Source: Acidimicrobiia bacterium (GTDB lineage: Bacteria; Actinomycetota; Acidimicrobiia; IMCC26256; JAMXLJ01). From it: a stretch of DNA of 64,000 nt. Within the stretch, counting starts at the first letter, position 1; each line of letters starts with the position of its first letter. Where the stretch lies: NCBI GenBank assembly GCA_024281095.1, contig JAMXLJ010000115.1:763-64762 (forward strand), in the 5' to 3' direction. This document shows positions 45,480 through 53,371 of this stretch, piece after piece. The notes under the pieces are model-generated. The model was not told the DNA's origin. It saw only the letters and a list, made by a program, of their open reading frames with translations, and did no database searches. A program made the translations under genes and the position numbers.

Positions 45480-45485
45480 GCCGCG

Positions 45486-46637
45486 ATGGCGCTGCACGGA
45501 TCGTCGATCACCGGTGTCATGGCCGAGCGCGGCCACGAGCAGGTGGTGTTCGTCGCCGACCGCGACGCGGGTCTGCGCGCGGTGATCGCGATCCACAGCA
45601 CCGCGCTGGGCCCGTCGCTCGGCGGCATCAGGTTCTGGCACTACGCGTCCGAAGCGGACGCGATCCGCGACGTCCTGCGGCTGTCGGAGGCGATGACGCT
45701 CAAGGCGGCTGTCGCCGGCCTGCACCAAGGCGGAGGGAAGGCGGTCGTGCTCGTCGACGATCCCGACCGGCCGCGAGCCGACGAGCTGCTCCGGGCGATC
45801 GGACGCGCGATCGACGAGCTCGGCGGCCGGTACATCGCGGCCGAGGATGTCGGCGCCACGCCGCGCGACATGGACGTCATCGCGGGGGAGACGCCGTGGG
45901 TCACAGGGGTCGACGAGGCGCTTGGTGGGTCGGGCGATCCTTCACCGGTCACCGCGGTCGGTGTGCTGCACGCGATGCGGGCGGTCTGCGCCGACGTGTT
46001 CGGCGACGAGTCGCTCCACGGTCGTCGCGTCGTGGTGCAGGGAGCCGGCCACGTCGGCACGCATCTCGTGCGGCTTCTCCACGATGCGGGAGCGGAAGTC
46101 GCCGTGGCCGACGTCAATCACGAGCGCGCGGCGCGTGTCGCGGCCGAGTACGGCGCGCGGCTCCTCGACCATCGGTGCGCGCTCGAAGAGCCGTGCGACG
46201 TGCTCGCCCCGTGCGCGCTCGGCGCGGTGATCGGGCCGGAGGTCGTTTCGACACTGCAGTGCCGAGCGATCGTCGGCGCCGCCAACAACCAGCTGACGGA
46301 CGCGTCCGTCGCCGAACAGCTCGAGGTACGAGGCATCGTCTACGCGCCGGACTTCGTCGTGAACGCCGGCGGCATCATCAACATCGCGGAGGAGTTCGTC
46401 GGTTACTCACGCGCCCGCGCGCTCGAGAAGGCGGCGGCGATCCGCGAGACGACTGCGCGCGTCCTCGAGACCGCGCGTTCGCTCGGCATCACGACGGAGC
46501 AGGCCGCCGAGGAGCTGGCACGGCGCCGGATCGCGAAGGAAGCGTTGCCCGGCGGTCGCTGGCGGCCCGGGAGCCCGACCGCGTGGACACACGGCGAGCC
46601 CCTCCGCACCCTCCGGCCCCCGCGCCCGCGCCGCTGA
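45486..46637 (+). CDS. Leucine/valine dehydrogenase (Glu/Leu/Phe/Val dehydrogenase family)
   Basis: ORF 45486..46637. Motifs: AVIAIHSTALGPSLGGIRFWHY...EAMTLKAAVAGLHQGGGKAVV...YIAAEDVG...VVVQGAGHVGTHL...GAANNQL...YAPDFVVNAGGII. Confidence 0.9.
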   Translation: MALHGSSITGVMAERGHEQVVFVADRDAGLRAVIAIHSTALGPSLGGIRFWHYASEADAIRDVLRLSEAMTLKAAVAGLHQGGGKAVVLVDDPDRPRADELLRAIGRAIDELGGRYIAAEDVGATPRDMDVIAGETPWVTGVDEALGGSGDPSPVTAVGVLHAMRAVCADVFGDESLHGRRVVVQGAGHVGTHLVRLLHDAGAEVAVADVNHERAARVAAEYGARLLDHRCALEEPCDVLAPCALGAVIGPEVVSTLQCRAIVGAANNQLTDASVAEQLEVRGIVYAPDFVVNAGGIINIAEEFVGYSRARALEKAAAIRETTARVLETARSLGITTEQAAEELARRRIAKEALPGGRWRPGSPTAWTHGEPLRTLRPPRPRR

Positions 46638-46654
46638 CACCCCAACGCCGGGAC

Positions 46655-47710
46655 TCAGGGGCGTTGGAAGCGGCGGGGTGGGTGGATGGCCAGCCAGATC
46701 GCGATCGTGCCGACGAGCAGTGACAGCACGATGACGAGCGTCGCCTGCCACGGCCACGCTGGCGCGGTGTGCGTGCCCGGCACGCGCAATCCGCCGAAGC
46801 GCACGAGGCCGGTGTCGATGATCCGTGGCGTGTTGCCGCTGACATCGGTCGCGAGGTCATAGCCGAGGCTCCCGGCCGGTGCCGAAACCTTGAGGTAGCT
46901 GAGCCACGCGCTCGCCGGGACCCACGATGTCGCGGTGTCGGAGCGCAGGTCGTCCAACAAGATCGTCGACGCGGGCTGCGACTGTTCGAGGTGGATGCCG
47001 TCGCCACTCAAGAGCGCGGGCTTCCGGTCGGTGAGGAGGAACACATCTGCTTGCACCACTTCGTCAGCCGGCTTCCCGGTGGCGAGGATCCGCAGCGGCA
47101 CCCAGGGCGCCGGTGTGGGGATGGTCAACTGCACGGGCACGCCGTCACCGCTGTTGAAGCCCCGCGCCGCGGCAGCTTTCGCGTCGAATTTCGCGGCCAT
47201 GAAGTACGGCGACCGCTGCGAATAGAACTCCAGTACCGCCGGCGTGTCCTTGGTGAGCGTGAAGCCCTGTTGCGCAGCCCATTGGCTCACGGCTGTGCCG
47301 CCGCCGCGCAAGATGGTGACCTGCAAGGAGTCGATCGTCAGCTGCTGCAGCACCGTCACGCTGTCCTTGGCCGAGCTCGCCCGCCCGGCTTGCGCGAGCG
47401 GCGCGGTGATCGGCGGCGCCACTTCACGCTCGAGGCGCTGCAACGTCCAGCGGCCGCCGCGGCGCACGTCGATCGGGTTCCCGGGCAGGGGGACGATCGA
47501 GCCGAACGACGGTTGGTTGGTCGCGAACTCGAAGTTCGTCACGTAGTGCTCGACGCCGTCGTGCCATGCCGCGAGCGTGGTGGTGCGGATCAGTCGCACC
47601 GCGCCGTTCGGCGCGACGAGGCTGCCGCACGCGAGCGCTGGTCCCGCAGCGAGAACCGTGACCGCGGCCGCGACCGCAAGGACGACCACGATGCCGGAAC
47701 TCCGTCGCAT
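46655..47710 (-). CDS. Secreted DUF2330-like protein with a C-terminal TM helix
   Basis: ORF 46655..47710. Its signal peptide ends ...PALACGSLVAPNG. The sequence continues LAAWHDGVEHYVTNFEF...FGSIVPLPG, resembling the DUF2330 N-terminal pattern as I recall it. The C-terminal helix is WQATLVIVLSLLVGTIAIWLAI. The family assignment is from memory only. Confidence 0.6.
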   Translation of the reverse strand: MRRSSGIVVVLAVAAAVTVLAAGPALACGSLVAPNGAVRLIRTTTLAAWHDGVEHYVTNFEFATNQPSFGSIVPLPGNPIDVRRGGRWTLQRLEREVAPPITAPLAQAGRASSAKDSVTVLQQLTIDSLQVTILRGGGTAVSQWAAQQGFTLTKDTPAVLEFYSQRSPYFMAAKFDAKAAAARGFNSGDGVPVQLTIPTPAPWVPLRILATGKPADEVVQADVFLLTDRKPALLSGDGIHLEQSQPASTILLDDLRSDTATSWVPASAWLSYLKVSAPAGSLGYDLATDVSGNTPRIIDTGLVRFGGLRVPGTHTAPAWPWQATLVIVLSLLVGTIAIWLAIHPPRRFQRP

Positions 47711-47767
47711 GGCGCCTCCCCTCCGAAGTCGAAGGGTTGGACGTGCACGACGTGTGTCGGGGTTCCC

Positions 47768-48391
47768 CTATTCGGCGTTTTCGGCGCGGGCCACGCGCAC
47801 CCACCCACGGCCTGACTCACGCGCCCGGGCGAGCGCGAGCTCCGCGCGCTCGAGCAGCTCGCCGGCGTCGAGCGCATGCGTCGGGTAGCCCGCCACGCCG
47901 GCCCAGAGGCGTTCCTCGTCGCCGCCGGCCCGGTTGACCGCCATGCGCACCCGCTCGATCGCGAACACCGCGCCGAACTCGGTTGCCTCTTCGAGGATCA
48001 ACGCGAGCCGCCGCTTCCCGATGCGGCACGCCGTATCGGCTTCGCGGAGTGCCTCGCAGACGACCTCGGCCTGCTCGAGGAACGTGAGCGGAGCGCCATC
48101 GTCGTCGTCGACCTCAATGAGCATGACGGCAAGGGGCTGGAGCTTGCGACGAGCCGCGGCCACCCGCTGTTCCAGCGCGACACGGAAGAAGCGTCCGTCG
48201 AGCAGGCCCGTCTCCTCGTCGACGAGCTCGTCATGCGCGACCCGCTGCGCCTCCTCGCGGGCCGCTCCGAGGGTGCGTTCGAGCGCCTCGATCCGGCGCC
48301 GCGACCACACGATGACGCGCCCGGCCGTCGCGACACCGAGCACTACCGTGCCTGCCGCGCCGGCGATCAGACCTGCAGCCGTCCTGTTCAT
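47768..48391 (-). CDS. Membrane-anchored degenerate GGDEF-domain protein (GGDEF replaced by GKRRL)
   Basis: ORF 47768..48391. It has one N-terminal TM helix, then DEETGLLDGRFF (cf. D-x-LTGL-x-NRR-x-F), LAVMLIEVDDDD, ACRIGKRRLALIL in the position of R-x-GGDEF-x-x-L, and ...LLERAELALARARESGRG. Confidence 0.7.
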   Translation of the reverse strand: MNRTAAGLIAGAAGTVVLGVATAGRVIVWSRRRIEALERTLGAAREEAQRVAHDELVDEETGLLDGRFFRVALEQRVAAARRKLQPLAVMLIEVDDDDGAPLTFLEQAEVVCEALREADTACRIGKRRLALILEEATEFGAVFAIERVRMAVNRAGGDEERLWAGVAGYPTHALDAGELLERAELALARARESGRGWVRVARAENAE

Positions 48392-48594
48392 GATCTTCCC
48401 GATCGGTCTGCGTGCGGTCCGGGTTGAGCGATCGGCGCCGGGTTTTTCCGGTTTCTCTCCTCCCGCAGGGCCTGCCCCGTCGCCGCCGGGTCGTCGTGGA
48501 GCTGCCGGCGATCCAGAAATAGGCCAATCGGCCCATAAAGACGAGTGTCCGCCGTGGTCGATACTTGCTGCGACGCCATCCCCAGGAGGCAGCC

Positions 48595-49080
48595 GTGAAC
48601 CTCACCGTCGCCCGCAGCACCGAACAGCTCGTCGCCCTGTCGCTCGACGCGATGCGTGTGGTCGACGCGCAGTGGATGGACGGTATGCGAGGCAACGGGA
48701 CGCAGGGCTCCGTGCCACGGGTCGTCGTGAGTGCCGAAGGCGCCGACCACGCCGGGCACGAGACGCTCGCGTTGCTCGCGGCCGCCCAGGAGCACGGCCG
48801 CCCGACACCGAACCAGGCCCGCTGGACGTTTGTCGCCTCCGACGGTTTCGGCGACGTCGCGGCCCGGCTGCAGATCCACTACCACCTCGCGGAACCGGCC
48901 GAACTGCGGATCGCCTTCCGCGTGCCCGGCCACGAGGCACTGCTCACGGGTGTTCGAGACGCGCGCCGGTTGCTCTTCGGGGTGGCCGACGGCCCCGTCT
49001 TCGTCGTCGACCCTCCCGTCGACGACCTCGCCGCGGTGTTGCGGCTCGTGGACCGGGCGAACATCGCCGCGACGAGCTGA
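48595..49080 (+). CDS. Hypothetical protein
   Basis: ORF 48565..49080. GTG at 48595 is preceded by a strong AGGAGG at 48584-48589. The amino-acid composition is not Arg/Pro-skewed. I recognise no family. Confidence 0.5.
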   Translation: MNLTVARSTEQLVALSLDAMRVVDAQWMDGMRGNGTQGSVPRVVVSAEGADHAGHETLALLAAAQEHGRPTPNQARWTFVASDGFGDVAARLQIHYHLAEPAELRIAFRVPGHEALLTGVRDARRLLFGVADGPVFVVDPPVDDLAAVLRLVDRANIAATS

Positions 49081-49160
49081 CACCGCGGGCGACCGCGGCG
49101 CGGCCGCGGCGCGGTCGCGGCGCCGGCGTCGGTAGCCTCCGGGCACCCGAACGAGGAGCA

Positions 49161-50087
49161 ATGCCGATGCCAGGCGGGCTGAGCGGCCGCAAGATTCTGA
49201 TCACCGGCCCGACGGGTCAGGTCGCGGAGCCGATCGCGCGCGCGCTCGCGCCCGTGAACGACGTCTGGGGCGTCGCGCGGTTCTCCGACCCCGAGGCCCG
49301 CGGCCGGCTCGAAGCCGCGGGCGTCAGCTGTGTGGCCCTCGATCTGGCGAGCGGCGACTTCTCGGCGCTGCCCGATGATTTCGACCACGTCCTGAACTTC
49401 GCGGTCGTGCGCGGCGGTGACGCCGATTGGGACCGCGACCTCGCGGCGAACGCCGAGGCGACCGGCCTGCTCCTCTCACACTGTCGCAACGCGGCCAGCG
49501 TGCTGCACTGCTCGTCGACCGCCGTGTACCAGCATCAGGGCCCGTCGCATCAGTTGCGCGAGACCGATGCCTTGGGCGACAACCACCGGGTGATGATGCC
49601 GACGTACAGCATCTGCAAGATCGCGGCCGAGGCCGTCGCTCGGTTTGCGGCGCGGGAGTGGAACCTTCCGGTGACGATCGCCCGCCTCAACGTGCCGTAC
49701 GGCGACAACGGCGGCTGGCCGGCGTGGCACCTCGAGTTCATGCTCCACGGTCACCCGATCGCGTTGCATCCCGAACAGCCGAACCGGTTCAACCCCATCC
49801 ACGAGGACGACATCATCGGACAGCTGCCGCGCATGCTCGAGATCGCATCGGTGCCGGCGACGATCGTGAACTGGGCGGGTGCCCCATCGAGCATCGAGGA
49901 GTGGTGCGGATACCTCGGCGAGCTGGCCGGCCTCGAACCGAACTTCGTCGTTACCGACGCGACGATCGGCAGCGTCACCACCGACAACACGAAGCTGCAC
50001 GAGCTGGTCGGCGAGGCGAAGGTGGGCTGGCGTGACGGCATCCGCCGCATGGTCGAGGCGCGTCATCCGGAGCTGCTGAAGCCCTGA
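49161..50087 (+). CDS. NAD-dependent epimerase/dehydratase family protein
   Basis: This is the tail of ORF 47934..50087. ATG at 49161 is preceded by GAGGAG. It has the Rossmann motif KILITGPTGQVAEPIARAL and catalytic YSICK (YxxxK). The upstream 409 codons are an Arg-rich shadow. Confidence 0.85.
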   Translation: MPMPGGLSGRKILITGPTGQVAEPIARALAPVNDVWGVARFSDPEARGRLEAAGVSCVALDLASGDFSALPDDFDHVLNFAVVRGGDADWDRDLAANAEATGLLLSHCRNAASVLHCSSTAVYQHQGPSHQLRETDALGDNHRVMMPTYSICKIAAEAVARFAAREWNLPVTIARLNVPYGDNGGWPAWHLEFMLHGHPIALHPEQPNRFNPIHEDDIIGQLPRMLEIASVPATIVNWAGAPSSIEEWCGYLGELAGLEPNFVVTDATIGSVTTDNTKLHELVGEAKVGWRDGIRRMVEARHPELLKP

Positions 50088-51004
50088 CCTCTCGAGGTCG
50101 GCGAGACGCCACGCGCCTGCGCATCGAGCCCGGGCACGGAGCGGACGGAGCGGACGAACGCCTGCGCAGCCGGCGACAACGGCGCGTCGCGGTGCACGAG
50201 CCCGACGACGCGCGTGATCGGCGGGTCGAGTCGGGCGATGCGCGCGCCCCGGGCCGCTGCATCCTCCGCGAGCGGGCGGGGCAGCACCGAGCTGCCCGCG
50301 CCCGCGAGGACGAGCGGCACGATCGCGTCTCGCTGGCTGAGCTCCACTGCAATGGTCGGGTGCAGGCCCGCGGTCGCGAGCGCGTCGTCGAGGAGCCGCC
50401 GGGTCGAGGTTCCCGGTGGTGTCGCGATCAGCGGCGACGACGCGAGCTCGACGATCGACAGGCGGGCCCGGTGGCCGGCGGGCGTGCCGGGGGGTCTGAT
50501 CGCGAGGATCTCCTGCGACATCATCGGGCGCGCGACCAGATCGTCGCTCGCGAGCGGTAGGTCGGTGAGACCGATCTCGCCGCGACCGCTGCGTACGAGC
50601 TCGGCCACCGCGACGCCGTCCTCGGGCTCGGCGACGCGCACCAGCACACCGGGGTGCGCGGCGCGGAACGCGCCGACGAGCGGCGCCAAGGGGTCGACGG
50701 CCAGTGTCGGCAACGCGACGAGGTCGAGCGTGCCGCGCAGCACCTCGCTGACATCCGCGACGGCGTTGCGGACGACCTCCGCCTCGCGCAGCAGCTGACG
50801 GGCCGGCGGGACGAACGCCTCGCCCGCTGAAGTCAGCTGCACGCCTCGGCCGACGCGGTGGAACAGTTCGACGCCGAGCTCGCGTTCGAGGGACCGGATC
50901 GCCTGTGACAGAGCAGGCTGCGTGACCCCGAGGGCCTCGGCCCCACGGGTGAACCCGCCGTGGTCGACGACCGCGAGGACGTACTCCACCTGCCGGAGCT
51001 CCAT
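50063..51004 (-). CDS. LysR-family transcriptional regulator
   Basis: ORF 50063..51004. It has the HTH segment MELRQVEYVLAVVDHGGFTRGAEALGVTQPALSQAIRSLERELGVELFHR plus a LysR substrate-binding domain. Its 3' end overlaps the convergent epimerase gene by 25 nt. Confidence 0.9.
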   Translation of the reverse strand: MELRQVEYVLAVVDHGGFTRGAEALGVTQPALSQAIRSLERELGVELFHRVGRGVQLTSAGEAFVPPARQLLREAEVVRNAVADVSEVLRGTLDLVALPTLAVDPLAPLVGAFRAAHPGVLVRVAEPEDGVAVAELVRSGRGEIGLTDLPLASDDLVARPMMSQEILAIRPPGTPAGHRARLSIVELASSPLIATPPGTSTRRLLDDALATAGLHPTIAVELSQRDAIVPLVLAGAGSSVLPRPLAEDAAARGARIARLDPPITRVVGLVHRDAPLSPAAQAFVRSVRSVPGLDAQARGVSPTSRGQGFSSSG

Positions 51005-51075
51005 CAGCTGCTCCTATCGGACCCATATGTCAGACCTATTGGAATCTAAGAAACGATCAGCGTATCCTATGAGTT

Positions 51076-51813
51076 GTGAACTGGCTCGCCATCCTCGCCA
51101 TCGGTGCCGGAGTCGGCTTCCTCGGCGGGATGTTCGGGAAGGGTGGGTCGGCGATCGCGACGCCCCTGCTGCACCTTGCCGGGGTTCCGGCGATCGTGGC
51201 CCTCGCCGCACCCTTGCCCGCGACGATCCCGTCGACGCTCGCCGGCACGTGGGCCTACTGGCGCGAGGAGCTCGTCGACCGGCGAGTGCTCCGCTGGAGC
51301 ATCGCCATCGGCGTGCCGGCCACGGCACTCGGCGCCTTCCTGACCCGCTGGATCGGCGGTGGCGTCCTCGTTCACGTCACCGACGTCGTCATCGCGGGGC
51401 TCGGCATCCGCTTCCTGCTCGCCCCGCACGACCATGAACGGTCCTACGACTGGCCGCCGGCATACCGGGTCCGCCTCGCGACGGTCGCGGCGGTTGTCGG
51501 GCTCGTGTCGGGACTGCTCGCGAACAGCGGCGGCTTCCTCCTCGTACCGCTGTATCTCACCGTGTTGCGCATGCCGATCAAGGCGTCGTTCGCGTCGTCG
51601 CTCGCGGTCGCGGCTGTGCTCGCGGTGCCGGGCACGATTGTGCACGCCGCGCTCGGGCACATCGACTGGCGTGTCGTCATCGTGTTCGGCGCGGCGTCGG
51701 TTCCGCTGTCGTACGTGGGTGCGCGCGTCGCACTGCGATCGAACCCGGCTCGCCTCGAACGCGTCTACGGCGGCGTGCTCGCCGGCCTCGGTCTCGGCCT
51801 GCTCTTCGTCTAG
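51076..51813 (+). CDS. TauE/SafE (TSUP) family anion exporter-like membrane protein
   Basis: ORF 51076..51813. It has IGAGVGFLGGMFGKGGSAIATPLL and a second repeat VSGLLANSGGFLLVPLYL, the hallmark of the 4-toluene-sulfonate-uptake/sulfite-exporter family. It is divergent from the LysR gene. Confidence 0.9.
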   Translation: MNWLAILAIGAGVGFLGGMFGKGGSAIATPLLHLAGVPAIVALAAPLPATIPSTLAGTWAYWREELVDRRVLRWSIAIGVPATALGAFLTRWIGGGVLVHVTDVVIAGLGIRFLLAPHDHERSYDWPPAYRVRLATVAAVVGLVSGLLANSGGFLLVPLYLTVLRMPIKASFASSLAVAAVLAVPGTIVHAALGHIDWRVVIVFGAASVPLSYVGARVALRSNPARLERVYGGVLAGLGLGLLFV

Positions 51814-51974
51814 CGATACCCGCCCGCGGCAAGCCAACGTGTTCGAGGGCCACACGATTCACGCCGACGTCGTGTGCACGCTGCCAACCTGACCGCGTCA
51901 ACGTAGGTCCGAGCGGCTTCCCTCGACCTGCGGCTAGGTTGCTTCGGCCATGTCGGACGCGTCCGGGGGGCCTC

Positions 51975-52880
51975 GTGAAGCCGGCACCGTTCGAGTACCA
52001 CGCGCCTGAGAGCGTCGACGACGTCGCCGGGCTCCTCGCCGAGCACGGTGACGAGGCCAAGCCCTTGGCCGGCGGCCAGAGCCTCGTTCCGATGCTCGCG
52101 CTGCGTCTCACGCGCTTCGCACACCTCGTCGACCTGAACCGCGTGGCCGCGCTCCGCGGCGTCTCGCGCGACAACGGCTCGTTGACCGTGCGCGCGATGA
52201 CCACCCAGGCAGCGGTAGAGCGCGACGCCGAGGTTGCGCGCGCGGTGCCGCTGCTCGCGCGGGCCACGCCGCTCATCGGCCACTTTCAGATCCGCAACCG
52301 CGGCACCGTCGGCGGTTCGCTCGCGCACGCGGATCCCGCATCCGAATACCCGGCGGTCGCGCTCGCACTCGATGCCACATTCGAGCTGGTCTCGAAGTCG
52401 GGCACCACCCGCGTCGCGGCGTCCGACTTCTTCGAAGGGACCTGGCAGACGTGCATCGACGCGCAGCAGGCGCTGGTGGCGGTGCACTTCCCCGTGTGGG
52501 GCGGTCGTTGCGGCTTTGCGTGTGAAGAGGTGGCCCGCCGCGCCGGCGACTTCGCGCTCGCAGGCGCGGTCGCCGCCATAGAGGTCGACGACGCGGGCGC
52601 GGTGCGTCGGGCCGCCGTCGGTCTGTTCGGTCTCGGGCCCACGCCGCTTCGTGCACACGCGGCGGAGGCCGAGCTCATTGGCGAGCCGCCGCCCACACCG
52701 GACGGCTACCGCGCGTTGGGACAGCTCGCGATGCGGGACGCCGATCCCGTCGACGACGTGCACGCGTCGGCCTCGTACCGCCGTCGCGTCGGTGCCCATC
52801 TCGTGGCACGCACGCTCGCGAGCGCGGTCGAGGAAGCACGGCAGGCGCACGACCCGCCGGGCGCAGCACGAGCGCGGTGA
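51975..52880 (+). CDS. Molybdo-hydroxylase FAD-binding (medium, CoxM/CutM-like) subunit
   Basis: ORF 51939..52880. GTG at 51975 is preceded by GGGGGG. It reads FEYHAPESVDDVAGLLAEHGDEAKPLAGGQSLVPMLALRL...IGHFQIRNRGTVGGSLAHADP. Confidence 0.85.
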   Translation: MKPAPFEYHAPESVDDVAGLLAEHGDEAKPLAGGQSLVPMLALRLTRFAHLVDLNRVAALRGVSRDNGSLTVRAMTTQAAVERDAEVARAVPLLARATPLIGHFQIRNRGTVGGSLAHADPASEYPAVALALDATFELVSKSGTTRVAASDFFEGTWQTCIDAQQALVAVHFPVWGGRCGFACEEVARRAGDFALAGAVAAIEVDDAGAVRRAAVGLFGLGPTPLRAHAAEAELIGEPPPTPDGYRALGQLAMRDADPVDDVHASASYRRRVGAHLVARTLASAVEEARQAHDPPGAARAR

Positions 52881-52893
52881 GCGAGAGGGAGCT

Positions 52894-53370
52894 ATGAAAA
52901 TGGTCACGGTCACGGTCACGGTGAACGGGGAGCCGCGGCGTGCGTCCGTCGAGGCGCGCAAGACCCTGGCCGACTTCCTGCGGGAAGACTGCGCCCTCAC
53001 CGGCACGCACCTCGGATGCGAGCACGGCGTCTGCGGCGCGTGCACCGTGCTGCTCGACGGCGCGGCCGTGCGCTCGTGTCTCGTCTTCGCGGTACAGGCC
53101 GACGGCGCCGACATCACGACCATCGAGGGGATCGGGGGCCCGGGCGGGGAGCTCAGCCCGGTTCAGGCGGCATTCCGTGACGCGCACGGGCTGCAGTGCG
53201 GGTTCTGTACGCCGGGCTTCGTCGTCTCGGTGACCGCGTTCCTGCGCGACAACGCCGACCCCACCGACGAAGAGATCCGCGACGCGCTCTCGGGGAATCT
53301 GTGCCGCTGCACCGGCTACCAGGGGATCATCAACGCGGTGCGACTCGCGGCACGAGCGGGAGTCCGCTGA
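52894..53370 (+). CDS. Molybdo-hydroxylase [2Fe-2S] small (CoxS/CutS-like) subunit
   Basis: This is the tail of ORF 52651..53370. ATG at 52894 is preceded by GAGAGGGAG. It has GCEHGVCGACTV...QCGFCTPGF...GNLCRCTGY, the two 2Fe-2S Cys clusters. Confidence 0.92.
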   Translation: MKMVTVTVTVNGEPRRASVEARKTLADFLREDCALTGTHLGCEHGVCGACTVLLDGAAVRSCLVFAVQADGADITTIEGIGGPGGELSPVQAAFRDAHGLQCGFCTPGFVVSVTAFLRDNADPTDEEIRDALSGNLCRCTGYQGIINAVRLAARAGVR

Positions 53371-53371
53371 C

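Noticed and set aside
43350-45728. The upstream 790 codons of the 1092-aa minus-strand ORF 42450..45728. This is one example of several very long ORFs; others include 13740..15506 +, 15293..17107 -, 25745..27703 -, 44645..46723 +, 47934..49160 + and 62175..63860 -.
   Set aside because: The translations are Arg/Pro/Gly/His-rich and lack any motif. Each lies exactly antisense to, or frame-shifted over, a gene with clear family signatures. Long stop-free shadow frames are expected at about 70 percent GC.
52903-52920. The tandem hexamer GTCACG x3, and likewise the GCATCGAGC-type repeat at about 41307-41340.
   Set aside because: Both lie inside coding sequence. They simply encode VTVTVTV at the N-terminus of the 2Fe-2S subunit and DALNALDALDAL at the C-terminus of ThiN. 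They are not CRISPR-like and have no spacer structure.
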